Shown here: piece after piece, positions 1 through 9,150 of the stretch
Numbering within the stretch: the first letter of the stretch is position 1
How the letters are laid out: every line of letters begins with the position of its first letter
From: an uncultured Candidatus Saccharibacteria bacterium
GTDB taxonomy: Bacteria; Patescibacteriota; Dojkabacteria; GCA-002793355
DNA: 64,000 nt
Assembly (NCBI GenBank): GCA_964525295.1
Contig: CAZGEO010000001.1
Location: 9,671 to 73,670 of the forward strand
Direction of reading: 5' to 3'
Program-made: the position numbers and the translations under genes
The notes under the pieces: generated by a model
Told to the model about the DNA's origin: nothing
The model's input: the letters and a program-made list of their open reading frames with translations, nothing else
Databases searched by the model: none

Positions 1-17
1 AAACTATAGTAATTATC

Positions 18-758
18 ATGCAAACTCTGCTACTTTCACTACTCGGAGTAATACTCATTAGTGCCGTTCCTCTCATTGCTTTAATTGCAATAAAAATTAA
101 ACAACCTCTGTTGGAAAAAATTACCCATTTATTAGTAAGCTTCTCTGTTGGAGCCCTGCTTGGTAATGCACTTCTGCATTTAGTTCCCGAAGCTTTCGAA
201 GAAATTGGTGACGCAAAAATTGCAGCATTATTCGTAATTATTGGCATACTTATCTTCTATACAATCGAGCAATTTTTGCGTTGGAGGCATTGCCACGAGG
301 CAACTAATGAACAACATCAACATCCAGTTGCAGTAATAAATGTAATCGGTGATACGGTTCATAATTTCCTCGATGGCATTTTAATATTCTCAAGTTTTGC
401 GATTTCTCCAGAAATTGGTTGGGCAACTGTTTTTGCTGTTTTCTTACATGAAGTGCCTCAAGAGATTGCAGATTTTGGTGTACTTTTACATGCGAAATGG
501 AGCATAAAGAAAATTCTGCTAGCTAACTTACTCTCAGCTAGCGCAGCAGTAATTGGTGTGATTTTTGGAAATGTGCTAGCTGAAGTATTCACCTCATTTG
601 AAGCTTATGCCGTAGCAATTACCGCTGGGGGGTTCCTATACATAGCCTGTACTGATCTTCTTCCTGATTTACACGAAAAGGGGGCAGTAGTCACAAAAGA
701 AAGATTGATTCAATTGCTATTGATAATAATTGGAGCAGCAATTTTTTGGTATCTATAA
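18..758 (+). CDS. ZIP-family divalent metal transporter (ZupT-like)
   Basis: Multi-TM protein with the His-rich motifs HNFLDGI and HEVPQEIADFGVL that are typical of the ZIP family. Confidence 0.8.
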   Translation: MQTLLLSLLGVILISAVPLIALIAIKIKQPLLEKITHLLVSFSVGALLGNALLHLVPEAFEEIGDAKIAALFVIIGILIFYTIEQFLRWRHCHEATNEQHQHPVAVINVIGDTVHNFLDGILIFSSFAISPEIGWATVFAVFLHEVPQEIADFGVLLHAKWSIKKILLANLLSASAAVIGVIFGNVLAEVFTSFEAYAVAITAGGFLYIACTDLLPDLHEKGAVVTKERLIQLLLIIIGAAIFWYL

Positions 759-1241
759 ATGTTTACCTTTTATCAAACACTACTCTTAACGCTTAATGTA
801 ATATTTCTTGCCTTTTTTGCATATCAGGATTATCGAACGCGAAGTATCCCTGCTTGGTCATTACTAGCATGGGGAGTTGTCACCATTATTGTGACGATTT
901 TAGTTGGGTTTACTAACTCGTCGGCTCTTTTTGTTCAGCAATTTCGTCATATAGCTATTCTCTTTCTTGCTCTTATATCAATAGGCTTACTTGTTGAGAT
1001 TTACACACAGGCAAAGTACTTCACCAAAGTTGACGCAATCATTTTTTCGGTTATTTGCGCATCATTAGGACTTGCAGGTACAGTACTTGTTGGAGCGTAT
1101 CTTTTATTTATTGGGATTGCACTTAAAAGCATGAAGATTTCAGAAATTACGAAACTTCCATTTGCTACAATTCTTATCGTAGCTTATATACCAGCCATTT
1201 TAACGTTAGAATTTATACTAAAAGCAATCGGACTCAATTAG
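759..1241 (+). CDS. Short A24-family prepilin peptidase-like membrane protein
   Basis: 160-aa polytopic membrane protein with a QDYRTRSIP motif resembling the catalytic Asp region of TadV/CpaA-type prepilin peptidases. It lies next to a pilus operon. Confidence 0.5.
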   Translation: MFTFYQTLLLTLNVIFLAFFAYQDYRTRSIPAWSLLAWGVVTIIVTILVGFTNSSALFVQQFRHIAILFLALISIGLLVEIYTQAKYFTKVDAIIFSVICASLGLAGTVLVGAYLLFIGIALKSMKISEITKLPFATILIVAYIPAILTLEFILKAIGLN

Positions 1242-1641
1242 TTAATGTTAGTGGCGAAGTGGAGATATCGACTCTCTTGCTACGTCTGACCGTATATTCA
1301 CCAGATACTGCAGTAATTTGTAAACTTCGAAGATTCGGTTGTCCATCAATATTCGTAATAACCGCGGTGCATGATCCTTCATCAAAAGTAAGTGTAAAAT
1401 TACCCAAGAATGATGAATTTTTAACAAGGCGATTCATTGATTCTTCAACGCACGAAGCGATTTTCAATTCAGCAAACTGCCTAGACACAAAATTCTTTGA
1501 TACGATAGTCACATCAATTGCATTGTAGAGAATAGCTATACCGGTAACCACCAAAACTGCGCCAGCAAGTAAAACTGATGTCAATGCGATATTGGCCTTC
1601 AATCGAATTTTCAGGAGTTTTCGTATCTTATCTAAATGCAT
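1234..1641 (-). CDS. Pilus-associated membrane protein (hypothetical)
   Basis: N-terminal TM helix. Overlaps the downstream pseudopilin gene, and is the last gene of the minus-strand pilus operon. Confidence 0.4.
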   Translation of the reverse strand: MHLDKIRKLLKIRLKANIALTSVLLAGAVLVVTGIAILYNAIDVTIVSKNFVSRQFAELKIASCVEESMNRLVKNSSFLGNFTLTFDEGSCTAVITNIDGQPNLRSLQITAVSGEYTVRRSKRVDISTSPLTLTN

Positions 1642-2113
1642 AATATGATTGAATTGTCTTACTTATTGTATCTGGATATTTCTCAGCGACCAAAGTCATC
1701 GTTATGCGTGCGCCTACAGCGACATTATTTGCGTCATATACAGGTTCCACCAAGAACATGGTTACATCCACGAGCGAATCTGTTAAGTTATGCGACGTCG
1801 TTCCATTCTGAACGAGAAATGTTCCTGAAGTAACGGAATAATCACGATAACCACCAGCAGTTGTGATACGCACCTTGCCATTATTATTACCAAAAGTTGA
1901 TGAAGCTTCATCAATTGTAATTCCCTGATTAAATGTATCTTTGAGATGCTCTATTACGAAGATTGCGTTTTTCTCTACAGCATTTTTGTATTCTGCAGAT
2001 CTATTGTTTTGTGTTAACGTAATAGTAAAAGTAATTACTGAAAAAAAGACAATGTTGAAAAGTGCCAGATACAGAATTGCTTCTACCAAGGTAAATGCCG
2101 ATAGCCTTTTCAT
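1628..2113 (-). CDS. Minor pilin/pseudopilin (type IV prepilin-like)
   Basis: N-terminus SAFTLVEAILYLALF is a class III signal with Glu at +5 and a hydrophobic helix. The start ATGA overlaps the stop of the upstream gene. Confidence 0.65.
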   Translation of the reverse strand: MKRLSAFTLVEAILYLALFNIVFFSVITFTITLTQNNRSAEYKNAVEKNAIFVIEHLKDTFNQGITIDEASSTFGNNNGKVRITTAGGYRDYSVTSGTFLVQNGTTSHNLTDSLVDVTMFLVEPVYDANNVAVGARITMTLVAEKYPDTISKTIQSYYAFR

Positions 2114-4035
2114 TTTTGATAGGTTAGTTCAAAATTAGCGAATTCCGGCGTTGATAACGTATCCGACGTAAATAAGACGCGATATTGGAAGTAGCGATTA
2201 TTATTGAGCTGTGCAGGTAATGTCATTATCTGCTGGGAAGTAAAATAGGTGTTTGACGTACCATCAGCCCCAATCCAACTTGCTCCATTCAATGTTGCCG
2301 TATTACTTGCTCTTACTTGAATTCTGACTGTAGCAGAAGCAGGAATTGTTCCACCCCAATCGAGTGAATAATACTGTGTCGTTGCTGAATTTGTATCAAA
2401 TATTCTTGAAATATATTCTCCTTCATTGGCATACCCTTGCCCTTGTGAATTGCCCCCACCCGGCCCACCCCTAATAATTCTCAATTCAGTTGATGCTTCA
2501 CTTGTAACAATGTATGAATAAGCATTTCCGTTAGTTTCTATCATCGAAAATACCGCATTCGGTGGTTGAGGTAAAGCTAAACCGCCACAATATACTGGCT
2601 TTGTTTCATTGTCGAGCGAAACAACTTGATATTGCTCAGAACCACCCGAACCAACTACGATTACTCGATTAGCGCCTTCTGGTGCAGTTATATCAATAGG
2701 CGCCATACCTTTGGTATCATAGCTACTGAAGGGATATTTTGTACCTGTTTTACTTGTCACATCAACAATAAAAAGCTCTGGTTGAGTTACAGAAACGGTA
2801 GTTCCCACATAAGCACGCGTTTCAGCTTCATTTACGTAAACAGTTTTTGCAGATTGCGTGTTAAGATCAATTTTACCAATGCTTCGCATCGATGAAGGGT
2901 TCGACAAATCAATGATTTCAAGTTCGGTTACCGAGTTACTTAATGCGATGTAAGCATAATTACCTCGAGCGAACATGTCTACAACTGTTCCTTGAAGGTT
3001 AATATACGATATGACAGGCCTTGCGCCAGTTTTCGCTGAAAGATTAAATGAATATAATCGAGTATCAGTAGCAACAAAACCTGTTGAGCCGTTGACGTAA
3101 ATACCTCTCCCTTGCGAATTTACCGATGGATTGAAATAGCCAATTTCAGTGTAAGGTGATGTTGCCATATTAACAATAACGACTTCTTTACTGTTCGTTT
3201 GTGTAGCTAAATAGCCATAATTGCTTTCAGCAAAAATGGCATTCGTTTTATATCCATCAAAAGTTCCCAACGATGATACAACAGGCGGTTCAACGGGTGT
3301 GAATGATAAGCGCGCAAAAGAAACACCAGAAGCGTTTGAGCCTGTTCCCATATATATATTCCCTTGAGTAACATATAGTGATTTCGCAATACCTTGACCA
3401 GGCAGATCATGAGTAGTTTGCGTTAACCCAGGTTTACACCAATCTGCAAAGAGTACTGGCGCCAAAACTACTTCTCCGCCGGCATTATTTCTTACCAGTG
3501 TTGAATTGTTAGTACCTGTTTCAAAATCAGCTACAGAAGTTTGAGACAAACGCAAAGTTGCCCAGTCACTCACGTAGGTAACCGTAGAGATTTCATTTGG
3601 AAGTCCTAAAAAGTCAATCCAGCTAGCAAGAAGTAAGACACTTCGAGTATGAGTATCTAAAGTACCGCCTGAAGTTACAATATTACCGTTAGTATCACGA
3701 TAAACATCCGTAATTGTTGTTGAAAGTGTCACACCATTTTTTGTTATTGATCCAGGGGTAAATTGATACTTACCTTCGTTATACGTTAAGTGGATTGGTC
3801 CAATTCCAGTATTAGAAATAATTGCACCCCACAAATTATCTTTGTTTTGAATGAGTGCATTGCTCATCTCTTGCAAATATTGGCTTGCTACAATCCGTTC
3901 TGATGAATTCTTTGTTGCACGAACAGCATCATTAGCAAGTACTCCAACTGAAGTAATGAGCATCGTAAATAAAGCCATACTGAGAAGAATTTCTGCAAGA
4001 CTAAAACCTTTAAATCGTAAACGAGTATTTTTCAT
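2110..4035 (-). CDS. Large minor pilin with prepilin N-terminus (641 aa), possible tip adhesin
   Basis: N-terminus KGFSLAEILLSMALF is a canonical G^F..E prepilin motif. It is followed by a ~600-aa Ser/Thr/Gly-rich extracellular domain. Confidence 0.7.
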   Translation of the reverse strand: MKNTRLRFKGFSLAEILLSMALFTMLITSVGVLANDAVRATKNSSERIVASQYLQEMSNALIQNKDNLWGAIISNTGIGPIHLTYNEGKYQFTPGSITKNGVTLSTTITDVYRDTNGNIVTSGGTLDTHTRSVLLLASWIDFLGLPNEISTVTYVSDWATLRLSQTSVADFETGTNNSTLVRNNAGGEVVLAPVLFADWCKPGLTQTTHDLPGQGIAKSLYVTQGNIYMGTGSNASGVSFARLSFTPVEPPVVSSLGTFDGYKTNAIFAESNYGYLATQTNSKEVVIVNMATSPYTEIGYFNPSVNSQGRGIYVNGSTGFVATDTRLYSFNLSAKTGARPVISYINLQGTVVDMFARGNYAYIALSNSVTELEIIDLSNPSSMRSIGKIDLNTQSAKTVYVNEAETRAYVGTTVSVTQPELFIVDVTSKTGTKYPFSSYDTKGMAPIDITAPEGANRVIVVGSGGSEQYQVVSLDNETKPVYCGGLALPQPPNAVFSMIETNGNAYSYIVTSEASTELRIIRGGPGGGNSQGQGYANEGEYISRIFDTNSATTQYYSLDWGGTIPASATVRIQVRASNTATLNGASWIGADGTSNTYFTSQQIMTLPAQLNNNRYFQYRVLFTSDTLSTPEFANFELTYQK

Positions 4036-4475
4036 TGCGGGTAATAAGAAATCATCCCTTCTGAATTAATTTCTACACGATATGTTTTTTGTGAATCGGT
4101 TACCGACACATAGCCGAAGGCATTGGGTCGAAACGCACCAGCAGAAAAAACCACTTCATTGCCAGAACTTAGTGCGATATTACTGATCCTAATTGGCTGA
4201 CTCACCGGAATTGTATCTGAAGCTTCAGCTTGTGCTAAACTAGCACCTCGGAAGGCAACTATTCTATCTGAAAAGAAAGCGACTCCATATGGTTTATCTA
4301 AATTCCCTGAGTATGCTTCTTGTTGTTGCCTGAATATTTCATAAGAAATCTCTTTTGCCTCTGCATCGGCGCGTTTCTGATTTATCAATCGAAGAGAATA
4401 TGGAAACATCAGCATTACTAAAAGAGAAAAAATTCCAAGAACGATTAATGTTTCAAAAAGGCTTGCTGCTTTCAT
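4032..4475 (-). CDS. Pseudopilin-like protein
   Basis: N-terminus SLFETLIVLGIFSLL is prepilin-like (Glu plus hydrophobic helix). Overlapping starts and stops place it in the operon. Confidence 0.55.
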   Translation of the reverse strand: MKAASLFETLIVLGIFSLLVMLMFPYSLRLINQKRADAEAKEISYEIFRQQQEAYSGNLDKPYGVAFFSDRIVAFRGASLAQAEASDTIPVSQPIRISNIALSSGNEVVFSAGAFRPNAFGYVSVTDSQKTYRVEINSEGMISYYPQ

Positions 4476-5549
4476 TTAATCATTAATCGCAGAAGTTAAT
4501 GAATAAATTGGTCCGACAATAATAACAGCCAAAAGACCAATCATTAGCCCAATAAATATCAAAAGAATAGGTTCAATTAATGCAGCCATGTTGTTGGTTA
4601 ATTCTTGCAATTCCTCTGAATAGAAGCCATGCAGATAGCGTAAGTTTTCTTCAAGTGACCCACTAGACTCACCAAGCTCAACTAATTGAATAAATGTTGC
4701 AGGGAAATATTTTTTATAATCACGCAAACAAGCAGCAAAACTCTTGCCACCTTCAACTTCAGTTGCAATCTTTTTCATCATTTCGTTATAGATAACATTG
4801 GACGTCGTGTCGGCAGTAATTTTAATTGCTCTCACCAACGGAATACCATTCGACATCAGTATACCTATTGTTCTCGCAATCGAAGTCAAAATATTTAAGC
4901 GAACAACATTCTTAATGACAGGAAAGTGCAGTGAGATAACACTCACCGTTCGTTTTCCATGTTTCGTCTTAACGTATATTGCAATAAGAATCCCTAATAG
5001 AATGACCCCTAACAACAACCAATACCAATTTGTGCGAACGAAAGTAGTAATATTCATGATTAAGATCACATAGGCCGGAATATTTTTAAAGGTCAAAAAG
5101 AGCTTTTCCATCTTAGGTAAGATAAAGAAAATAACTCCAGACATTTCGACTGCTGTCAGAAAGAAAACAATCATTGGATAGAGTAGTGCTCCATTAATTT
5201 TTTTCTGAAGGTCGTTTTTCTTCTTCAAATAATCAGCCAAAAAGAGTAAATTCTGATCTAATCCACCACCTTGCTCACCAACCTCAATAATTGAAACGAC
5301 AATAGGGGAGAAAACCTTAGGGAATTTCCTCATCGATTCAGCGAGACTCACACCTTTTTGAATACTTTCATGAATGACCCCGAAAACTTTACGAAGAAGT
5401 GGATCTTCTGACTGTTCTGTCATAATTTTGATTGTATTATCGAGGCTAATTCCTGAGCGAAGCATGACAGAAATATGGCGAATCGCCATTGCAACACTTA
5501 TCTCAGAAATCGATTCGCCAAACCCCAACTTAAACTCCTTTTTTTCCAT
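4476..5549 (-). CDS. pilC: Type IV pilus / type II secretion platform protein (PilC/GspF/ComGB family)
   Basis: Two GspF-type repeats and three TM segments. It sits directly after the ATPase gene. Confidence 0.85.
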   Translation of the reverse strand: MEKKEFKLGFGESISEISVAMAIRHISVMLRSGISLDNTIKIMTEQSEDPLLRKVFGVIHESIQKGVSLAESMRKFPKVFSPIVVSIIEVGEQGGGLDQNLLFLADYLKKKNDLQKKINGALLYPMIVFFLTAVEMSGVIFFILPKMEKLFLTFKNIPAYVILIMNITTFVRTNWYWLLLGVILLGILIAIYVKTKHGKRTVSVISLHFPVIKNVVRLNILTSIARTIGILMSNGIPLVRAIKITADTTSNVIYNEMMKKIATEVEGGKSFAACLRDYKKYFPATFIQLVELGESSGSLEENLRYLHGFYSEELQELTNNMAALIEPILLIFIGLMIGLLAVIIVGPIYSLTSAIND

Positions 5550-5551
5550 AG

Positions 5552-6799
5552 TTATTCCCTCATTGTAGTAACTCTCATTAATTCTGGAAAATCAATTAAT
5601 CCAGCCTTCAACTTATCAACCCCTGCTTCTACAATTAATCGTAGCCCTTGCTTACGAGCCTTCGCGAAGATATCATCAACAGTTGATTTTTCAGAAATCA
5701 TCCTGCGCAAGTCTTCATTAATTTCAAGAATTTCATACAAACCGACTCTACCTTTGTATCCAGTATTGCTACACGCCTCACACCCATTCTTCTGGAATAA
5801 AGCTTCTCCTGCGGTAAATGTATCTGAAATATCAGGTCTAGTCTTAGCAATATGACTAAGTTCTGCTGTCGTTAACTTGTACTTTTGTTTGCATTTCTCA
5901 CATAGACGACGACACAATCTTTGCGCAATAATGACATTTACCGTTGAAGCAACGAGATAAGGCTCAACCTCCATGTCAATTAATCGAGGAATAGTTGTTA
6001 CCGAATCATTGGTATGTAACGTAGATAACACTAAGTGTCCCGTCATTGCAGCGTTAACAGCAATTTTGGCAGTTTCAGTATCTCGAATTTCACCTACCAT
6101 AACAATGTCAGGGTCTTGGCGCAAAATTGCTCTTAATCCAGTTGCAAAGGTCATGTTTGCCTTTGTGTTGACCTGTATGTGATTAACGCCATCAATATCA
6201 TATTCTACGGGATCTTCAATGGTAGTTATGTTACGTTCTCTGGAATTTAGAATCTTCAAAATAGTATAAAGTGTTGTCGTTTTCCCCGAACCAGTTGGCC
6301 CAACCGCCAAAATCATACCATATGGTTTATTGTAACTTTTATTAACTTTTTCGAGATCTTCACCAACGATACCAAGTTCTTCAAGCGTTAAACTCTTGCC
6401 TTGCTGCGCAAGTAATCGAATAACTACTTTCTCACCTTTAGTTGTTGGAATAATAGAAATACGAGCGTCTATGACGCCATTATCGTTCGTAAAGCGGATC
6501 TTCCCGTCTTGTGGGGCAAAATGCTCATCTGTTCTGATTTGCGCTTCAACTTTAATTTTGAAAAGTAATGCTTCTTCAACAATTTTGTCGAACAAATAAA
6601 CTTCGCGCAGTAATCCATCGACACGGTATCTAACAACCAAACGGTGTTCGGTCGGCTCTATATGAATATCAGAAGCTTTTGCCTCATAAGCTTTGAAAAT
6701 AAGTGTTTCCAGTAGATTGCCAACATCTTGCGTATTAATACTTGCTGCGATTGTTTCATCAAGATTCTGATTTTGTGGAGCTTCAGTAGATATATTCAT
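5552..6799 (-). CDS. pilB: Type IV pilus assembly ATPase (PilB/GspE/ComGA family, short form)
   Basis: Walker A GPTGSGKTTTL, Asp box, His box and a tetracysteine motif CxxC...CxxC. At 415 aa it lacks a long N-terminal domain. Confidence 0.9.
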   Translation of the reverse strand: MNISTEAPQNQNLDETIAASINTQDVGNLLETLIFKAYEAKASDIHIEPTEHRLVVRYRVDGLLREVYLFDKIVEEALLFKIKVEAQIRTDEHFAPQDGKIRFTNDNGVIDARISIIPTTKGEKVVIRLLAQQGKSLTLEELGIVGEDLEKVNKSYNKPYGMILAVGPTGSGKTTTLYTILKILNSRERNITTIEDPVEYDIDGVNHIQVNTKANMTFATGLRAILRQDPDIVMVGEIRDTETAKIAVNAAMTGHLVLSTLHTNDSVTTIPRLIDMEVEPYLVASTVNVIIAQRLCRRLCEKCKQKYKLTTAELSHIAKTRPDISDTFTAGEALFQKNGCEACSNTGYKGRVGLYEILEINEDLRRMISEKSTVDDIFAKARKQGLRLIVEAGVDKLKAGLIDFPELMRVTTMRE

Positions 6800-6853
6800 A
6801 AGATAGAGCAGTCAATTTTTATCATTGTAGCAGATTAGCAAATTCAGTACAGC

Positions 6854-6880
6854 AAAAAAAAAGGGGGCCAAAGCCCCCTT
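6854..6880 (-). terminator. Rho-independent terminator between the pilin and pilB genes
   Basis: On the minus strand this reads GGGGGCTTTGGCCCCC followed by T9. It lies immediately 3' of the pilin gene. Confidence 0.75.
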
Positions 6881-6901
6881 TCGAATTAACCGCAACGCAG
6901 G

Positions 6902-7381
6902 TTATTTTCTAACTACAATGCTTTTGTTATCTTCTGCATTTGGCGCGCTAACTTCGACGCGGTTACCTGCAGTTTTGCAGATATCGTAGCCTGTATCAGC
7001 TGCTGTTCCTGCTGCAACAGTTCCACCTGGGTCACGAGGAATATCTGCGATATAAGTGTCAACCAACAAGGTGTAAAGGTTAATAGCTCCAGCTGCTGGG
7101 GTTGGGGTTCCTGAACCTGTGTAGCCAGCAATAGGTGCTGTGGTTGGGCAGATTGGAATTGAACCAAAATCAGCTAATGACTTTCCTGGTTCTGAGGCAT
7201 ATTGCCAAATTGCATTAAGAATTTGCTGCACGTCAGCGCTTCGCTGTGTATTTCGTGTAGCCATGAAGTTTCGTGCTGGGTTAATAGCGACGATAGTAAT
7301 CGCGGCTAAAATTGCGATCAAGCCGACGACAACAAGGATTTCGATTAAGGTGAAACCCTTAAGTGATGCCCGTTTCTGCAT
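6902..7381 (-). CDS. Major type IV pilin
   Basis: N-terminus KGFTLIEILVVVGLIAILAAI is the canonical prepilin methylation motif (G^FTLIE). The protein is 159 aa. Confidence 0.9.
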   Translation of the reverse strand: MQKRASLKGFTLIEILVVVGLIAILAAITIVAINPARNFMATRNTQRSADVQQILNAIWQYASEPGKSLADFGSIPICPTTAPIAGYTGSGTPTPAAGAINLYTLLVDTYIADIPRDPGGTVAAGTAADTGYDICKTAGNRVEVSAPNAEDNKSIVVRK

Positions 7382-7415
7382 GGGACAGATTATTTTTAAT
7401 TTATACTTTCGGTAC

Positions 7416-7444
7416 TAGTATATGGTAGGTAATTAGAAATGTCA
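7416..7444 (-). promoter_or_regulatory. Predicted sigma70-type promoter of the pilin gene
   Basis: On the minus strand: TTGACA, 17-nt spacer, TATACT. It lies about 35 nt upstream of the pilin ATG. Confidence 0.45.
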
Positions 7445-7517
7445 ACTAAATAATTTGCAATTCTCAATTCCCAATTTTCAATTAATGCGAAATTGCAAAT
7501 CTTGGAGCACATTCACG

Positions 7518-7620
7518 CTTTAGTACTTTAATCCTTTAGTGCTTTAGCGCTTTACTGCTTTAGTTCTTTAGCGCTTTCGTGCTTTACTGCTTTAGTACTT
7601 TAGTGCTTTACTGCTTTACG
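7518..7620. repeat. Tandem array of 13 copies of an 8-bp unit CTTTANNN (consensus CTTTAGTG)
   Basis: Direct reading gives ctttagta ctttaatc ctttagtg ctttagcg ctttactg ... ctttacg. The array ends 12 bp before the exonuclease ATG. Confidence 0.9.
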
Positions 7621-7632
7621 TTATACTACCCA

Positions 7633-8412
7633 ATGTCTCGCATTATTGTCGATGGTCACAATCTTTTATTCAAATCCTTTGCTGTGCCTTTCAAATTCAC
7701 TTCTTCAAAAGGAACACCCCTACACGTTGTCAGTACATATCTAAAATATTTACGGCTACTCAGTACAAATTATTCGCCAGATGAGTTTTTCGTCGTCTTC
7801 GATACTGAAACCTCAAATACCAATAAAGAGTTATCAAGTACCTATAAAGCAAACAGGGTCAATAACTATCCAGACCAAGAGTCTCCCTTTATTCACCTTC
7901 CAATAATCAAGCGAGTGCTCGAGTTCTGCAACATTGCAACAATTGATGCAATAAATTACGAGGCTGACGATGTGATTGCGACACTTACTGAACGAGCAAA
8001 TACTCAAACTTACATCTGCTCAACCGACACAGACTTCTTCCAACTTCTTTCGCAAAGAGTAAGTATTTTAAAGTTTAAACCTCGAATGATTATCGAAGAG
8101 ATAACGCCCGAAAAACTGTCAACTAATCTTGGCATTTCACCGCAAGATTATGTATTCTTCAAATCACTAACCGGTGATACTGCAGACAATATCAAGGGCA
8201 TCCCAGGAGTAGGGAAAGTCAGGGCAAAATCGATACTTGAAGGAAAATTGTCAATCAATCTTGACGAATATCGTGATCTCATTGAACTAAACAAACAACT
8301 CATCACGCTAGACCGAAATGTGCCCTTACCAGAGGCTGCATTTCAGTCAACGTTTTCTGACACAAAATTGCATTTATCGAACCGAGAAATCTGGACAGCA
8401 TTAGAGTTCTAA
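7633..8412 (+). CDS. Stand-alone 5'-3' exonuclease (FEN/Pol I N-terminal-like, PIN plus H3TH)
   Basis: N-terminal IVDGHNLLFKSF and H3TH motif LTGDTADNIKGIPGVGKVRAKSIL. The ORF-track start at 7579 lies inside the repeat array, so the ATG at 7633 is preferred. Confidence 0.8.
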   Translation: MSRIIVDGHNLLFKSFAVPFKFTSSKGTPLHVVSTYLKYLRLLSTNYSPDEFFVVFDTETSNTNKELSSTYKANRVNNYPDQESPFIHLPIIKRVLEFCNIATIDAINYEADDVIATLTERANTQTYICSTDTDFFQLLSQRVSILKFKPRMIIEEITPEKLSTNLGISPQDYVFFKSLTGDTADNIKGIPGVGKVRAKSILEGKLSINLDEYRDLIELNKQLITLDRNVPLPEAAFQSTFSDTKLHLSNREIWTALEF

Positions 8413-8478
8413 ATCAAGAAACACCACACTCGATTTTATACAATTGCTAATTGATCATTTTTAATTGATAATTGATCT

Positions 8479-9150
8479 ATGCGATTAGCACTCTACAGCA
8501 GCGGTTTACATCATGCCGATAAAACTATCGATGAGGCAGTTTGGCAACTTCTTCATAAGCCCACCCACCCACGCCTTTTATTACTCGTAGCTTCGCCAGA
8601 CGCCTTCAATTTCGTTTCCCCAGCTTTTACAAACTATTTACACGACTTCTGTTCACCAGAATATCAAGTCATTTTACCTACTTCTGAAAATCGAGACGCA
8701 ACGATTAACGCAATAGAGCAGAGTGACCTCATTTTTCTTTCAGGCGGAAATACCTACAATTTTCTAAACAATTTGAGAAACCTGCAACTAATTGATGCAG
8801 TAAAGAAGGCAGCACACACAAAAGTTATTGCTGGCTCAAGCGCCGGTGCGATACTTATGACGCCTAGCATAGAAATTGCCGGATATCCCGTTGAAGATGC
8901 AGATTCAAATGATTGCGGTGTGACCGATTTTTCTGCACTTAGTTTGGTTAAATTTGAGATTACTCCCCACTACGTGGCTTCTGAAGCTATAGATAAGCAA
9001 TTTCGCGAATATTCTATGAAGAGTGGCAGGCCTTTGTATGCACTCGCCGATGGAACAGGCATTATTGTTGAGGGCAATAAGGATCAATTATTCGGAAACA
9101 TTTTGATGTTCGACCACGGTGAAAAAATTAAAGTACAATGTTCATTATGA
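8479..9150 (+). CDS. Peptidase S51 family (dipeptidase E / cyanophycinase-like)
   Basis: FLSGGNTYNFL motif and catalytic Ser motif IAGSSAGAIL. Confidence 0.7.
   Translation: MRLALYSSGLHHADKTIDEAVWQLLHKPTHPRLLLLVASPDAFNFVSPAFTNYLHDFCSPEYQVILPTSENRDATINAIEQSDLIFLSGGNTYNFLNNLRNLQLIDAVKKAAHTKVIAGSSAGAILMTPSIEIAGYPVEDADSNDCGVTDFSALSLVKFEITPHYVASEAIDKQFREYSMKSGRPLYALADGTGIIVEGNKDQLFGNILMFDHGEKIKVQCSL

Noticed and set aside
1259-1528. 89-aa plus-strand ORF
   Set aside because: Lies entirely antisense within the 1234-1641 minus-strand pilus-operon gene and has no motifs. It is treated as a shadow ORF.
2626-2895. Several 60-90 aa plus-strand ORFs (2626-2895, 3851-4069, 4686-4898, 4798-5073, 5374-5855, 5973-6182, 6396-6599) antisense to the pilus genes
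   Set aside because: They lie antisense to well-supported pilB, pilC and minor-pilin coding sequences and have low-complexity or AT-codon-driven compositions. They are shadow ORFs.
6913-7167. Gln-rich 84-aa ORF in an alternative frame of the major pilin gene
   Set aside because: It is an out-of-frame overlap with the strongly supported pilin CDS, and the Q-run arises from a CTG/CAG-rich stretch.
7579-7632. Upstream extension of the exonuclease ORF into the 8-bp repeat array (MLYCFSTLVLYCF...)
   Set aside because: The peptide is simply the translated repeat. The conserved exonuclease N-terminus begins at the ATG at 7633. This is noted in the findings as a possible phase-variable extension, not called as CDS.
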